Source of the DNA: Candidatus Aadella gelida
Lineage (GTDB): Bacteria > Omnitrophota > Gorgyraeia > Tantalellales > Tantalellaceae
Assembly (NCBI GenBank): GCA_030765205.1
Contig: JAVCDB010000017.1
Span: 1-55,242 of the forward strand
DNA length: 55,242 nt
Direction: 5' to 3'
In this document: one piece after another, positions 37,171 to 45,848 of the stretch
How positions within the stretch are numbered: position 1 is the stretch's first letter
How the letters are laid out: every line of letters begins with the position of its first letter
Program-made: the position numbers and the translations under genes
Notes under the pieces: model-generated
Databases searched by the model: none
The model's input: only the letters and a program-made list of their open reading frames with translations
Told to the model about the DNA's origin: nothing

Positions 37171-38760
37171 ATGAAAAAAGTATATGTTTACGATACTACG
37201 TTGAGAGATGGAGCCCAGTTTGAGGGTATTTCTTTTTCCGTGACAGATAAAATGCGTATAGCTCTCAAATTAGACGAGCTAGGCGTAGATTTTATTGAAG
37301 GAGGATGGCCGGGATCCAATCCTAAAGATGACGAGTTTTTTGCTAAGGCCGCCAAGTCTCTTAAACTGAAAAAATCCAAACTCACTGCGTTTGGGAGTAC
37401 AAGGCGTGCGGGAACGAAGACGGCATCTGATATTGTCATGAAAGGTCTCTTAAAGGCCGAGACAAAGCATCTTACTATTTTCGGGAAAAGCTGGGATCTT
37501 CATGTTAAAAGTGTTCTAAAAACCACCCTTAACGAGAACCTTAAGATGATAGAGGACTCGGTGAAATATCTCACAAAAAAAGGGCGACATGTTATTTTTG
37601 ATGCGGAACATTTTTTTGACGGATACGAAGATAATCCTAAATATGCGCTGGAAACTATCAAGGCCGCTTTTAATGGCGGAGCGAAAACCCTTGTTCTGTG
37701 TGATACTAACGGAGGAGGCTTGACGAGCAGAGTGTTTGAAGTTGTGGAAGAGGTTAAGAGTGTTATAAAGGCGCCTTTGGGAATACATGTACATAATGAT
37801 GCCGATATGGCTGTAGCTAATTCTATAGCCGCAGTACAGGCCGGATGCGAACAAGTTCAGGGGACTTTTAACGGGTATGGAGAAAGATGCGGTAATGCTA
37901 ACTTGGTATCCATATTACCTACACTGAAATTTAATTTGGGAATGGATTGTTTATCTAAATTTGAGTTTAAGGATCTTACCGAAGCGTCTAGGTACATAGC
38001 CGAGATAGCTAATATTAAACAGCAAGATTCACAGCCTTATGTGGGAAGAAGCGCTTTTGCGCATAAAGCTGGGGTACATGTTAATGCTGTACTGAAGAAC
38101 AGCAGAAGTTATGAACATATTGATCCTGCGAAGGTTGGGAACAAAAGACGTATGCTTATCTCTGAACTTTCAGGAAAGTCCAGCATTGCTGAAAAGGCCG
38201 ATGATATGGGCGTTAAAATAGAAAAGTCCTCTAAAGAGGCTAGTACAATACTTACGCATGTTCAGAATCTTGAAAAGGAAGGGTATCAGTTCGAGCTTGC
38301 GGAGGCTTCTCTTTTTCTTCTTATGAAAAGGGCGTCAGATACGTTCAAGAAATATTTTGAAATGAAAGATTTCAGGGTAATCATAGAAAAACGCAAAGAC
38401 GGACCAATAGTTTCGGAAGCTACGGTGAAACTTAAGATAGGGGATAAAGTTAAACATACTGTATCTCTGGGAGACGGACCGGTACATGCATTGGATCAGG
38501 CTCTCAGAAAATCATTAGTGGAAATATATCCTAGCCTCAAGGAAATGCACTTATCGGATTTCCGTGTCAGGGTATTGGATGAAAGGTCCGCTACAGCCGC
38601 AAAAGTGAGAGTTCTTATACAATCCCAAGACAGTAAAGACTCTTGGTGGACCGTCGGCGTTTCTGAGAATATCATAGAGGCCAGCTGGATCGCTCTCAAG
38701 GATTCTATCGAGTATAAATTTGTTAAGGATAACAAGAAAAAGGGTAAGAAGAAAAAATAA
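37171..38760 (+). CDS. cimA: (R)-citramalate synthase (LeuA/CimA family, long form).
   Basis: The motifs YDTTLRDGAQ, IEGGWPGSNPKD and HVHNDADMAVANS are present, with a C-terminal regulatory domain. The subfamily assignment is from memory of CimA-type motifs. Confidence 0.8.
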   Translation: MKKVYVYDTTLRDGAQFEGISFSVTDKMRIALKLDELGVDFIEGGWPGSNPKDDEFFAKAAKSLKLKKSKLTAFGSTRRAGTKTASDIVMKGLLKAETKHLTIFGKSWDLHVKSVLKTTLNENLKMIEDSVKYLTKKGRHVIFDAEHFFDGYEDNPKYALETIKAAFNGGAKTLVLCDTNGGGLTSRVFEVVEEVKSVIKAPLGIHVHNDADMAVANSIAAVQAGCEQVQGTFNGYGERCGNANLVSILPTLKFNLGMDCLSKFEFKDLTEASRYIAEIANIKQQDSQPYVGRSAFAHKAGVHVNAVLKNSRSYEHIDPAKVGNKRRMLISELSGKSSIAEKADDMGVKIEKSSKEASTILTHVQNLEKEGYQFELAEASLFLLMKRASDTFKKYFEMKDFRVIIEKRKDGPIVSEATVKLKIGDKVKHTVSLGDGPVHALDQALRKSLVEIYPSLKEMHLSDFRVRVLDERSATAAKVRVLIQSQDSKDSWWTVGVSENIIEASWIALKDSIEYKFVKDNKKKGKKKK

Positions 38761-41456
38761 TGAAAGAACTTCCCACCAGGTATAATCCTCAGGAAAACGA
38801 AGAGAAGATATACGAGTCATGGATGGAGGAAAACCTTTTTCATGCCGATGAAAAAGGTTCCGGTAAGGCTTATTGTATAGTCATCCCACCGCCTAACATA
38901 ACAGGCGTACTTCACATGGGACATGCTTTGAATAATACGATACAGGATATCCTTGTCAGGTGGAAACGTATGCAGGGCCACGATGCCTTATGGATGCCGG
39001 GCACCGATCATGCAGGGATAGCTACTCAGAATGTTGTTGAAAGGGAACTAGCAAAGAACGGTCTTAAAAGAAGGGACGTAGGCCGGGATAATTTTCTGAA
39101 AAAAGTCTGGGATTGGAAGGAAGAATACGGGACTACCATCATACGTCAATTGAAAAGTCTAGGGTGTTCATGTGATTGGGATCGGACAAGGTTCACAATG
39201 GATGAAGGTTTGTCTAATGCGGTCAAGGAAGTTTTTGTAAGACTGTACGAAGAAGGTTTGATATACAAGGGTGATTACATAATAAACTGGTGTCCGAGAT
39301 GTTCTACAGCTCTTTCTGATGAAGAAGCCGAACATTGCGACATTGAAGGGATGCTGTATTATATTAAGTATCCCGTTAAAGGCAGTAAAAGTATCGAGAA
39401 AGAGAATGAGGATTATATAGTCGTTGCAACAACGCGTCCTGAAACTATGTTAGGCGATGTAGCTGTTGCAGCTAATCCGAAAGATAAAAGGTACTCTTTC
39501 CTTAAGGACAAAACTCTAGTGCTTCCGATAGTTGAAAGAGAGCTCAAGGTAGTATTCGACAGGGATGTAGATCCTGATTTTGGTACGGGGGCTCTTAAGG
39601 TTACTCCGGCACATGATCCCGTGGACTTTGAGTTAGGCCGAAAACATTCTTTGGACAGCATAAATGTCATGCATCCTGACGGACGTATAAACTCTTTGGG
39701 CGGGAAATACGAGGGGATGGACAGGTTTGAGTGTCGTAAAGCTATTATCAAAGATCTCAAGGACAGAAACCTTTTTATAAAGTCTGAGCAACATCTTCAT
39801 GCAGTCGGTCATTGCTACCGGTGTCATACTGTAGTGGAACCACGTCTTTCCAAACAGTGGTTCGTGAAAATGAAACCTTTGGCTAAAGAGGGCATAAAAG
39901 TTGTTAAAAATGGAGAAATAAAATTTCATCCCGAAAGATGGACCAAGGTATATCTGAACTGGATGGAAAATATAAGAGATTGGTGTATTTCGAGGCAGAT
40001 ATGGTGGGGACATCGTATACCTGTATGGTATTGCAAAGATTGTCTTAAATATAAAGATGTTAGGGATGTGAATATAACCAAACCCGGAGAAGACGGTGTT
40101 CATGTGGGCGGAGAGAAGCCTGAAAAATGTTCCGTTTGTGGCGGGGAAAATTTAGAACAGGATCCGGACGTTCTGGACACGTGGTTCAGTTCATGGTTAT
40201 GGCCGTTCTCTACCTTGGGATGGCCTGAAGAGGGACCGGAACTGGACAAATTTTATCCAACAGACGCTCTTGTTACCGCGCAGGAGATAATATTTTTCTG
40301 GGTAGCAAGAATGATAATGGCGGGTTTGAAGTTTAAAAAAGATATACCTTTCCGGGATGTTTATATACATGGGACCGTTAGAGACGCTACCGGTACTAAA
40401 ATGTCGAAGTCATTGGGTAATGTTATAGATCCCCTGGATGTTATAAAAGATGTGGGGAGCGATGCTTTGAGATTTAGCATTATTTCGATAACTTCACAGG
40501 GGCAGGACGTTTTTCTTTCGAAAGACAAATTCGATATAGGAAGAAATTTTGCTAATAAGTTATGGAATGCGTCAAGATACGTTCTTATGAACGTCGAAGA
40601 AAAGAATCTAACAGGCGATATAGATCCGGCCGACCTGACCTTAGCGGATAAGTGGATACTAGATCAATTAGGCCGTACTATCGAAAAGGTCGACAAGAAT
40701 CTCAAGGCATACAGATTCAATGATGCGGCTGCAGTTTTATATGATTTTATCTGGCACAAGTATTGTGATTGGTATCTCGAAATATCCAAGTTTTCCGGGA
40801 ATAAGGAAACTGTTCATAAAGTTTTAATAGAAGTTCTTAAGGTCTCATTGAAACTCTTGCATCCTTTTATGCCGTTCATTACTGAACAGATATGGCAGAG
40901 TCTTCCTGTGCAAAAGGAGAAATGGATAATAACTTCACCTTGGCCGATAAAACAGAAAAAATTTGATGACCAAGAATCCTCTTTAGAGATGGAAAGGGCG
41001 GTAAAGATCATTACGGCAGTACGGAACGTGAGGGCGTTTTGGAATATAGCGCATACTGCCGAAATAGAGATATCATTAGAACCTAAAGTAAAAAAATCCG
41101 GGAAATTATCGGAGGATGCTGCTGCTTACGTAAGCAAACTGTGCAAGTGCAGGATTATAGAGAATATGTCAGAACAGGATCAGGCTAAAATACGTAAGAT
41201 AGAGGTCTTGGCGGAAGGTATTAAGATTTTGGTGGGGCTATCTGAGGATATTGTCGACCTGGAAAAAGAAAAGACGCGTGTATCAAAAAAACTGGAAGAT
41301 ATAGAAAAATACCTTACAGGGATAAACAATAAGCTTAAAAATAAGAAATTTACCGAAAATGCTCCTGCCGATATTGTTGACAAGGAAAAAGGGAAGCAGG
41401 CAAAGTGGAAAGAAGAAAGAGACTTTCTTAAAGGCAACCTTGCTGCTTTAAAATAA
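38760..41456 (+). CDS. valS: Valine--tRNA ligase.
   Basis: The HIGH-type motif PPPNITGVLHMGHAL, the motif KMSKSLGN and a C-terminal coiled coil are present. Confidence 0.97.
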   Translation: MKELPTRYNPQENEEKIYESWMEENLFHADEKGSGKAYCIVIPPPNITGVLHMGHALNNTIQDILVRWKRMQGHDALWMPGTDHAGIATQNVVERELAKNGLKRRDVGRDNFLKKVWDWKEEYGTTIIRQLKSLGCSCDWDRTRFTMDEGLSNAVKEVFVRLYEEGLIYKGDYIINWCPRCSTALSDEEAEHCDIEGMLYYIKYPVKGSKSIEKENEDYIVVATTRPETMLGDVAVAANPKDKRYSFLKDKTLVLPIVERELKVVFDRDVDPDFGTGALKVTPAHDPVDFELGRKHSLDSINVMHPDGRINSLGGKYEGMDRFECRKAIIKDLKDRNLFIKSEQHLHAVGHCYRCHTVVEPRLSKQWFVKMKPLAKEGIKVVKNGEIKFHPERWTKVYLNWMENIRDWCISRQIWWGHRIPVWYCKDCLKYKDVRDVNITKPGEDGVHVGGEKPEKCSVCGGENLEQDPDVLDTWFSSWLWPFSTLGWPEEGPELDKFYPTDALVTAQEIIFFWVARMIMAGLKFKKDIPFRDVYIHGTVRDATGTKMSKSLGNVIDPLDVIKDVGSDALRFSIISITSQGQDVFLSKDKFDIGRNFANKLWNASRYVLMNVEEKNLTGDIDPADLTLADKWILDQLGRTIEKVDKNLKAYRFNDAAAVLYDFIWHKYCDWYLEISKFSGNKETVHKVLIEVLKVSLKLLHPFMPFITEQIWQSLPVQKEKWIITSPWPIKQKKFDDQESSLEMERAVKIITAVRNVRAFWNIAHTAEIEISLEPKVKKSGKLSEDAAAYVSKLCKCRIIENMSEQDQAKIRKIEVLAEGIKILVGLSEDIVDLEKEKTRVSKKLEDIEKYLTGINNKLKNKKFTENAPADIVDKEKGKQAKWKEERDFLKGNLAALK

Positions 41457-41469
41457 AGGATCGTACGCT

Positions 41470-42183
41470 ATTTCCACAAAAAAAAGGTTACAGAACATTC
41501 TGGCTCATGCCGGTATAGCTTCACGAAGACAGGGTGGTGACCTGATAGAACGTGGAGAGGTTAAGGTAGATGGCAGGGTAGTGAGGGAAAAAGGATTCAG
41601 GGTAGATCCCTCGGAACAAAAGGTATCTGTGGGCGGCAAGATAATTCAGGAGGAGAAAAAATATTATTTTCTTCTAAATAAACCAGTGGGTGTTGTGTCT
41701 ACCGTAAAAGATGCTCACGCCAAGAAGAAGATAACGGATTTTTTTTGGGATATAGATGCCCGACTTTATCCTGTAGGAAGATTAGACAAGGATACTACAG
41801 GGCTTATAATCATCACAAATGATGGAACACTTACCAATTTGCTTGCGCATCCTAGGTACGAGATAGATAAAGAGTATGAGGTACGTGCTAAGCCTCCTGT
41901 TGAGGATAAGGATCTAAAGAACTTGGAAAAAGGATTGCTTCTAGAAGATGGAAAGACTACACCATGCATTATAAAAAAAATAAGACAAACCGCTGAAGAA
42001 GGTCTATACAGCATTAATTTACATGAAGGAAGAAACCGTCAGATAAGACGAATGTTTGGAGCTTTAGGATCAAAAGTCATAGGGCTGAAAAGGGTAAAAT
42101 ATGCCGGACTTACCCTTAAAGGTCTTCCAGAGGGAGAGTATAGAGAGCTTACGGAGAAGGAAGTTGAAAAGTTAAAAGAGTAG
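41470..42183 (+). CDS. RsuA/RluB-family pseudouridine synthase with an N-terminal S4 domain. The start codon is non-canonical or unresolved.
   Basis: The catalytic motif YPVGRLDKDTTGLIIITNDG is present. The S4 motif RLQNILAHAGIASRR is encoded in-frame at 41485-41529, upstream of the first canonical start (GTG at 41581). The ATT at 41470 lies 9 nt after an AAGGA. Confidence 0.7.
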   Translation: MSTKKRLQNILAHAGIASRRQGGDLIERGEVKVDGRVVREKGFRVDPSEQKVSVGGKIIQEEKKYYFLLNKPVGVVSTVKDAHAKKKITDFFWDIDARLYPVGRLDKDTTGLIIITNDGTLTNLLAHPRYEIDKEYEVRAKPPVEDKDLKNLEKGLLLEDGKTTPCIIKKIRQTAEEGLYSINLHEGRNRQIRRMFGALGSKVIGLKRVKYAGLTLKGLPEGEYRELTEKEVEKLKE

Positions 42184-42186
42184 AGT

Positions 42187-42401
42187 TTGACTATAGACAA
42201 TTGACAATTGACTATTGACATAGAGTGACCGACAAGAGAAATTAGAGTCAAAGAGTCAGGAAGATTGGAAGGCAGAGGTCAGTGGGCAAAGGGTAGGGGG
42301 GACGAATGGCGAGGACTATGCGCTTTGCGATTAGCCGTTAAAAAGTCAATAGTCCATAGTCAATAGTCAATGGTCTATTAAGAAGGATTACGAATTACGG
42401 A
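42187..42401 (+). repeat. Inverted heptamer-array element: TTGACTA TAGACAA TTGACAA TTGACTA TTGACAT, a GTGACCGAC core and purine-rich spacer, then AGTCAAT AGTCCAT AGTCAAT AGTCAAT GGTCTAT, followed by TTACGAA TTACGGA.
   Basis: The left arm 42187-42221 starts 4 nt after the rluB stop. The right arm is 42344-42378. The TTACGAA-type units lie at 42388-42401, just before the nadC ATG at 42411. Confidence 0.9.
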
Positions 42402-42410
42402 AGAACAATT

Positions 42411-43304
42411 ATGCAAACAGACCTAGATAAAAAACGAGTTGACGCGATAATACGGTTCGCATTGAAAGAGGATATCTGGACGGGGGACGTAACGTCACAA
42501 GCGGTCTTGGATAAGTTTCTTAAGATGTGCGCGGTTATAGTTTCTCGCGATAAAGGAATTGTCTGCGGGATGGATATAGCTGAAAGAGTGTTCTCGGCGG
42601 TAGAATGCAGTCTGCAGTTCCGCCCTTTAGTTAAAGACGGGGATGAGATCGAGCCCGGTCAGGAGATAGCGTTTATCGAAGGTGAAGCTCAGGCTATACT
42701 TAGAGGCGAAAGAACAGCATTAAATTTTATGGGTTTTTTGAGCGGAGTAGCTACTAAAACAAGATATATGGTGGACGCGGTAGGCGAACATCCGGTAAAG
42801 ATATATGATACTCGTAAAACCATACCTTTGCATAGATATCTAGAAAAATATGCCGTTACCGTGGGAGGTGGCCATAATCACCGCAAAGGCTTGTGGGATA
42901 TGGTTCTCATAAAAGATAATCACTTAAGAGCGTTTGGTATGCAGATGAAATATAACGACAATAAACAGGTAATAGACGAAATATTGATACGCGCGAAAAA
43001 GAACGTTCAGAAGAACATAAAGATCGAGATAGAGGTAGAAAATATTAAAGAATGTGAATATGCTTTAGAACACGAACCTGATGTTATTATGCTGGATAAT
43101 ATGACACCCGAAGCTATTCGAAAAGCGGTAATTATAAGGAAAGAAAAAGGACTTGAAGGTAAAGTTGTTTTTGAAGTGTCAGGCGGCATAGGTCCGGATA
43201 ATATTAAGTCTTACGCAGCAACGGGTGTGGAAATAATCTCAACAGGCGCCATAACCGGAGCGATCAATCCTATAGATTTCAGCCTAGAGACAGTTATCAG
43301 ATAA
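42411..43304 (+). CDS. nadC: Nicotinate-nucleotide pyrophosphorylase (quinolinate phosphoribosyltransferase).
   Basis: The motifs GERTALNFMGFLSGVATKT, DTRKT, GGGHNHR and IKDNH are present. Confidence 0.95.
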   Translation: MQTDLDKKRVDAIIRFALKEDIWTGDVTSQAVLDKFLKMCAVIVSRDKGIVCGMDIAERVFSAVECSLQFRPLVKDGDEIEPGQEIAFIEGEAQAILRGERTALNFMGFLSGVATKTRYMVDAVGEHPVKIYDTRKTIPLHRYLEKYAVTVGGGHNHRKGLWDMVLIKDNHLRAFGMQMKYNDNKQVIDEILIRAKKNVQKNIKIEIEVENIKECEYALEHEPDVIMLDNMTPEAIRKAVIIRKEKGLEGKVVFEVSGGIGPDNIKSYAATGVEIISTGAITGAINPIDFSLETVIR

Positions 43305-43559
43305 TAGTTCGTAGTTTGTAGTTCATAGTTAGTAGTGGAGGTTTAGAAACTAGAGGCTAGAGGTCAGAAGGAAGAAAGACGAAGGACGTTAATTTTCGGG
43401 CAATAGTAGACTATAGACGATTGACCATAGACTATAGTCTGAGATTCATAAAAAGACAATAGTCAATTGTCGCATAGTCAAAGGTGTTTCAATAGGATCG
43501 GTCAATATATACTGCTCACTGTTCACTGTTTACTGTTCACAAATCACGAATTACGAAAC
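43305..43559 (+). repeat. Intergenic spacer built almost entirely of several heptamer families.
   Basis: The families are TAGTTCG-type x5 (43305-43339); CTAGAGG/GAAGAAA/GACGAAG purine-rich x6 (43350-43391); TAGACTA TAGACGA TTGACCA TAGACTA opposed to CAATAGT CAATTGT ... CATAGTCAAAGG (43407-43483); and ACTGCTC ACTGTTC ACTGTTT ACTGTTC ACAAATC ACGAATT ACGAAAC (43511-43559), which abuts the uvrB ATG. Confidence 0.9.
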
Positions 43560-43560
43560 C

Positions 43561-45531
43561 ATGGATAAATTCCAACTTGTCACTGACCTTAAACCTGCCG
43601 GTGATCAACCTAAAGCTATAGACCGTATAGTCCGTTCCATCGAGAAAAAAAATGGATTTCAGACTCTTTTGGGTGTTACGGGAAGCGGTAAGACTTTTAC
43701 AGCGGCCAATATTATCGAGCAGATCAATCGTCCGACTTTAGTGCTGTCCCATAACAAAACTTTAGCCGCACAGCTTTTTTCTGAGTTTAAGATACTTTTT
43801 CCCAACAATGCTGTTGAATATTTCGTAAGTTATTACGATTATTATCAGCCTGAGGCATATGTACCTCAAACCGATATGTATATCGAAAAAGACGCTTCGA
43901 TAAACGAGGATATCGATCGGTTAAGACTCTCCGCGACAAGTTCTATCTTTTCAAGAAAAGATGTTATTATAGTTGCAAGCGTGTCCTGTATATACGGACT
44001 AGGAAGTCCCGAAGATTATTCTAATATGCTTATTACTGCCAGAAAAGGTGAAGAGATAACAAGGGAAGATATACTTAAGAAACTTGTGGATATACAGTAT
44101 GACCGCAATGATACCGATCTTGCCAGAGGACGTTTCAGGGTAAGGGGTGATATTATAGAAGTGTTTCCGGCATATAAAGAAACAGCTGTGAGAATTGAGT
44201 TTTTCGGTGACGAGATCATGCGTATCGCGGAAGTTCATCCGGTATCGGGAGATATACTTACTGAACTTGAAAAAGTGTCAATATACCCCGCAAAACATTT
44301 TGTTACTACCGATGACAAAATAGAAAAAGCTATAGGTACTATTTCCGAGGAACTTGACACGAGACTTAAAGAACTGAAAGACCAAGGGAAACTTCTTGAA
44401 GCGCAGCGGCTGGTATCGCGTACAAGATATGATATGGATATGCTTAAAGAAGTGGGGTATTGTAGCGGGATAGAGAATTATTCAAGACATATTTCCGCAA
44501 GGCCTCCGGGCAGCCGTCCCTGGTGTCTTTTAGATTATTTTGAGGATGATTTTCTTGTTATGATAGACGAATCACATGTTGCCCTGCCGCAGCTTAGAGC
44601 TATGTATAACGGTGACCAGGCCAGGAAAGGGACACTTGTGGACTATGGGTTCCGCTTACCTTCAGCTCTCGATAACAGGCCGCTCAAGTTCGAAGAGTTT
44701 CTGGATTTGTCGGATCAAATACTGTTCATGTCGGCCACACCGGGTGAATATGAAATGCAGAAGAGTTCTGCGGTCGCCGAGCAGATAATACGTCCAACCG
44801 GTCTGGTAGATCCTCCAATAACCGTGCGCCCTACGGAAGGGCAGATCTATGATCTAATGGAGGAAGTATTGAAACGGGCTTCCAAAGGTGAGAGGACACT
44901 TGTTACTACGCTTACTAAACGTATGGCGGAAGAACTCACACGGTTTCTAAAAGAACGTAAGCTGAGAGTGAGATACCTGCATTCGGAGATAAACGTGCTT
45001 GATCGAGTGGAGATTATTAGAGATCTTCGGTTGGGAAATTTTGATTGTCTTATAGGTATAAATCTTCTTAGAGAAGGCCTTGATATACCGGAAGTTTCTC
45101 TTGTAGCTGTCTTGGATGCGGATAAAGAAGGCTTTTTGAGAAGTTGGTCCTCGCTTATTCAGGTAGCCGGCAGAGCTGCCAGGAACATTAACGGTGAAGT
45201 CATTATGTACGCAGATAAGATAACAGGATCTATGAGAAAAACTATAGATATTACCGAGACAAGGAGAAAGAAGCAGACAGAATTCAACGAAAAGAACGGG
45301 ATCGAACCTTCGACAATAATTAAAGCTATATCCGGCGGGATAGAATCATATAAGCGTGCTAAAGAGATAGTTAAAGAAGTCACAGGGGAAAATGATAAAG
45401 AATATGATCTGAATGAAGCGATAGCTCAGCTAGAACGCGATATGGAAGACGCCGCTAGGAACTTGCAGTTCGAAAAAGCTATTGTTTGTCGTGATCAGGT
45501 ATTGAAACTTAAGAAAATGACGAAAGAATAG
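43561..45531 (+). CDS. uvrB: Excinuclease ABC subunit B.
   Basis: The Walker A motif [10 protein letters not shown], the beta-hairpin region [10 protein letters not shown], helicase motifs and a C-terminal UVR domain are present. Confidence 0.97.
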   Translation: MDKFQLVTDLKPAGDQPKAIDRIVRSIEKKNGFQTLLGVTGSGKTFTAANIIEQINRPTLVLSHNKTLAAQLFSEFKILFPNNAVEYFVSYYDYYQPEAYVPQTDMYIEKDASINEDIDRLRLSATSSIFSRKDVIIVASVSCIYGLGSPEDYSNMLITARKGEEITREDILKKLVDIQYDRNDTDLARGRFRVRGDIIEVFPAYKETAVRIEFFGDEIMRIAEVHPVSGDILTELEKVSIYPAKHFVTTDDKIEKAIGTISEELDTRLKELKDQGKLLEAQRLVSRTRYDMDMLKEVGYCSGIENYSRHISARPPGSRPWCLLDYFEDDFLVMIDESHVALPQLRAMYNGDQARKGTLVDYGFRLPSALDNRPLKFEEFLDLSDQILFMSATPGEYEMQKSSAVAEQIIRPTGLVDPPITVRPTEGQIYDLMEEVLKRASKGERTLVTTLTKRMAEELTRFLKERKLRVRYLHSEINVLDRVEIIRDLRLGNFDCLIGINLLREGLDIPEVSLVAVLDADKEGFLRSWSSLIQVAGRAARNINGEVIMYADKITGSMRKTIDITETRRKKQTEFNEKNGIEPSTIIKAISGGIESYKRAKEIVKEVTGENDKEYDLNEAIAQLERDMEDAARNLQFEKAIVCRDQVLKLKKMTKE

Positions 45532-45570
45532 GACGCCCCTTGCGGTCGCCTGATAAAAGAAAGGAAGAAT

Positions 45571-45848
45571 ATGGAAAGAGTTCACATAAGTATAATAGGG
45601 TTAACAGCGGGGTTTCTTACATCATTATCTTTTTTGCCTCAAGCTCTAAAGATATTGAGGACCAAACAGGTAAGGGACATCTCTCTGGGTATGTATATAG
45701 TTCTTACTGTGGGTATCTCTGTATGTGGATCGTATACGGATCTCTAATAGAAGAGTTGCCAGTGATCCTATCGAACAGTATCGCGGCTGTTCTATGCTCA
45801 CTGATAATGGCAGCTAAAATAGTATACGGGAAAAAAGGATCAGAATGA
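45571..45848 (+). pseudogene. SemiSWEET / PQ-loop sugar transporter homologue interrupted by a -1 frameshift at about 45715-45745.
   Basis: Frame 1 (45571-45747) encodes MERVHISIIGLTAGFLTSLSFLPQALKILRTKQVRDISLGMYIVLTVGIS and then stops. The remainder, WIVYGSLIEELPVILSNSIAAVLCSLIMAAKIVY, continues in the -1 frame to 45848. Joined, the two parts give a SemiSWEET of about 91 aa with the PQ motif. The RBS AAGGAAG precedes 45571. Confidence 0.7.

Noticed and set aside
45540-45722. The 5' part of ORF 45540-45848 as a genuine coding sequence.
   Set aside because: Its translation (MRSPDKRKEEYGKSSHKYNRV...) has no membrane-protein character. The neighbouring frame, starting at 45571 with a good RBS, encodes the conserved SemiSWEET N-terminus. 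The long ORF is a by-product of the frameshift.
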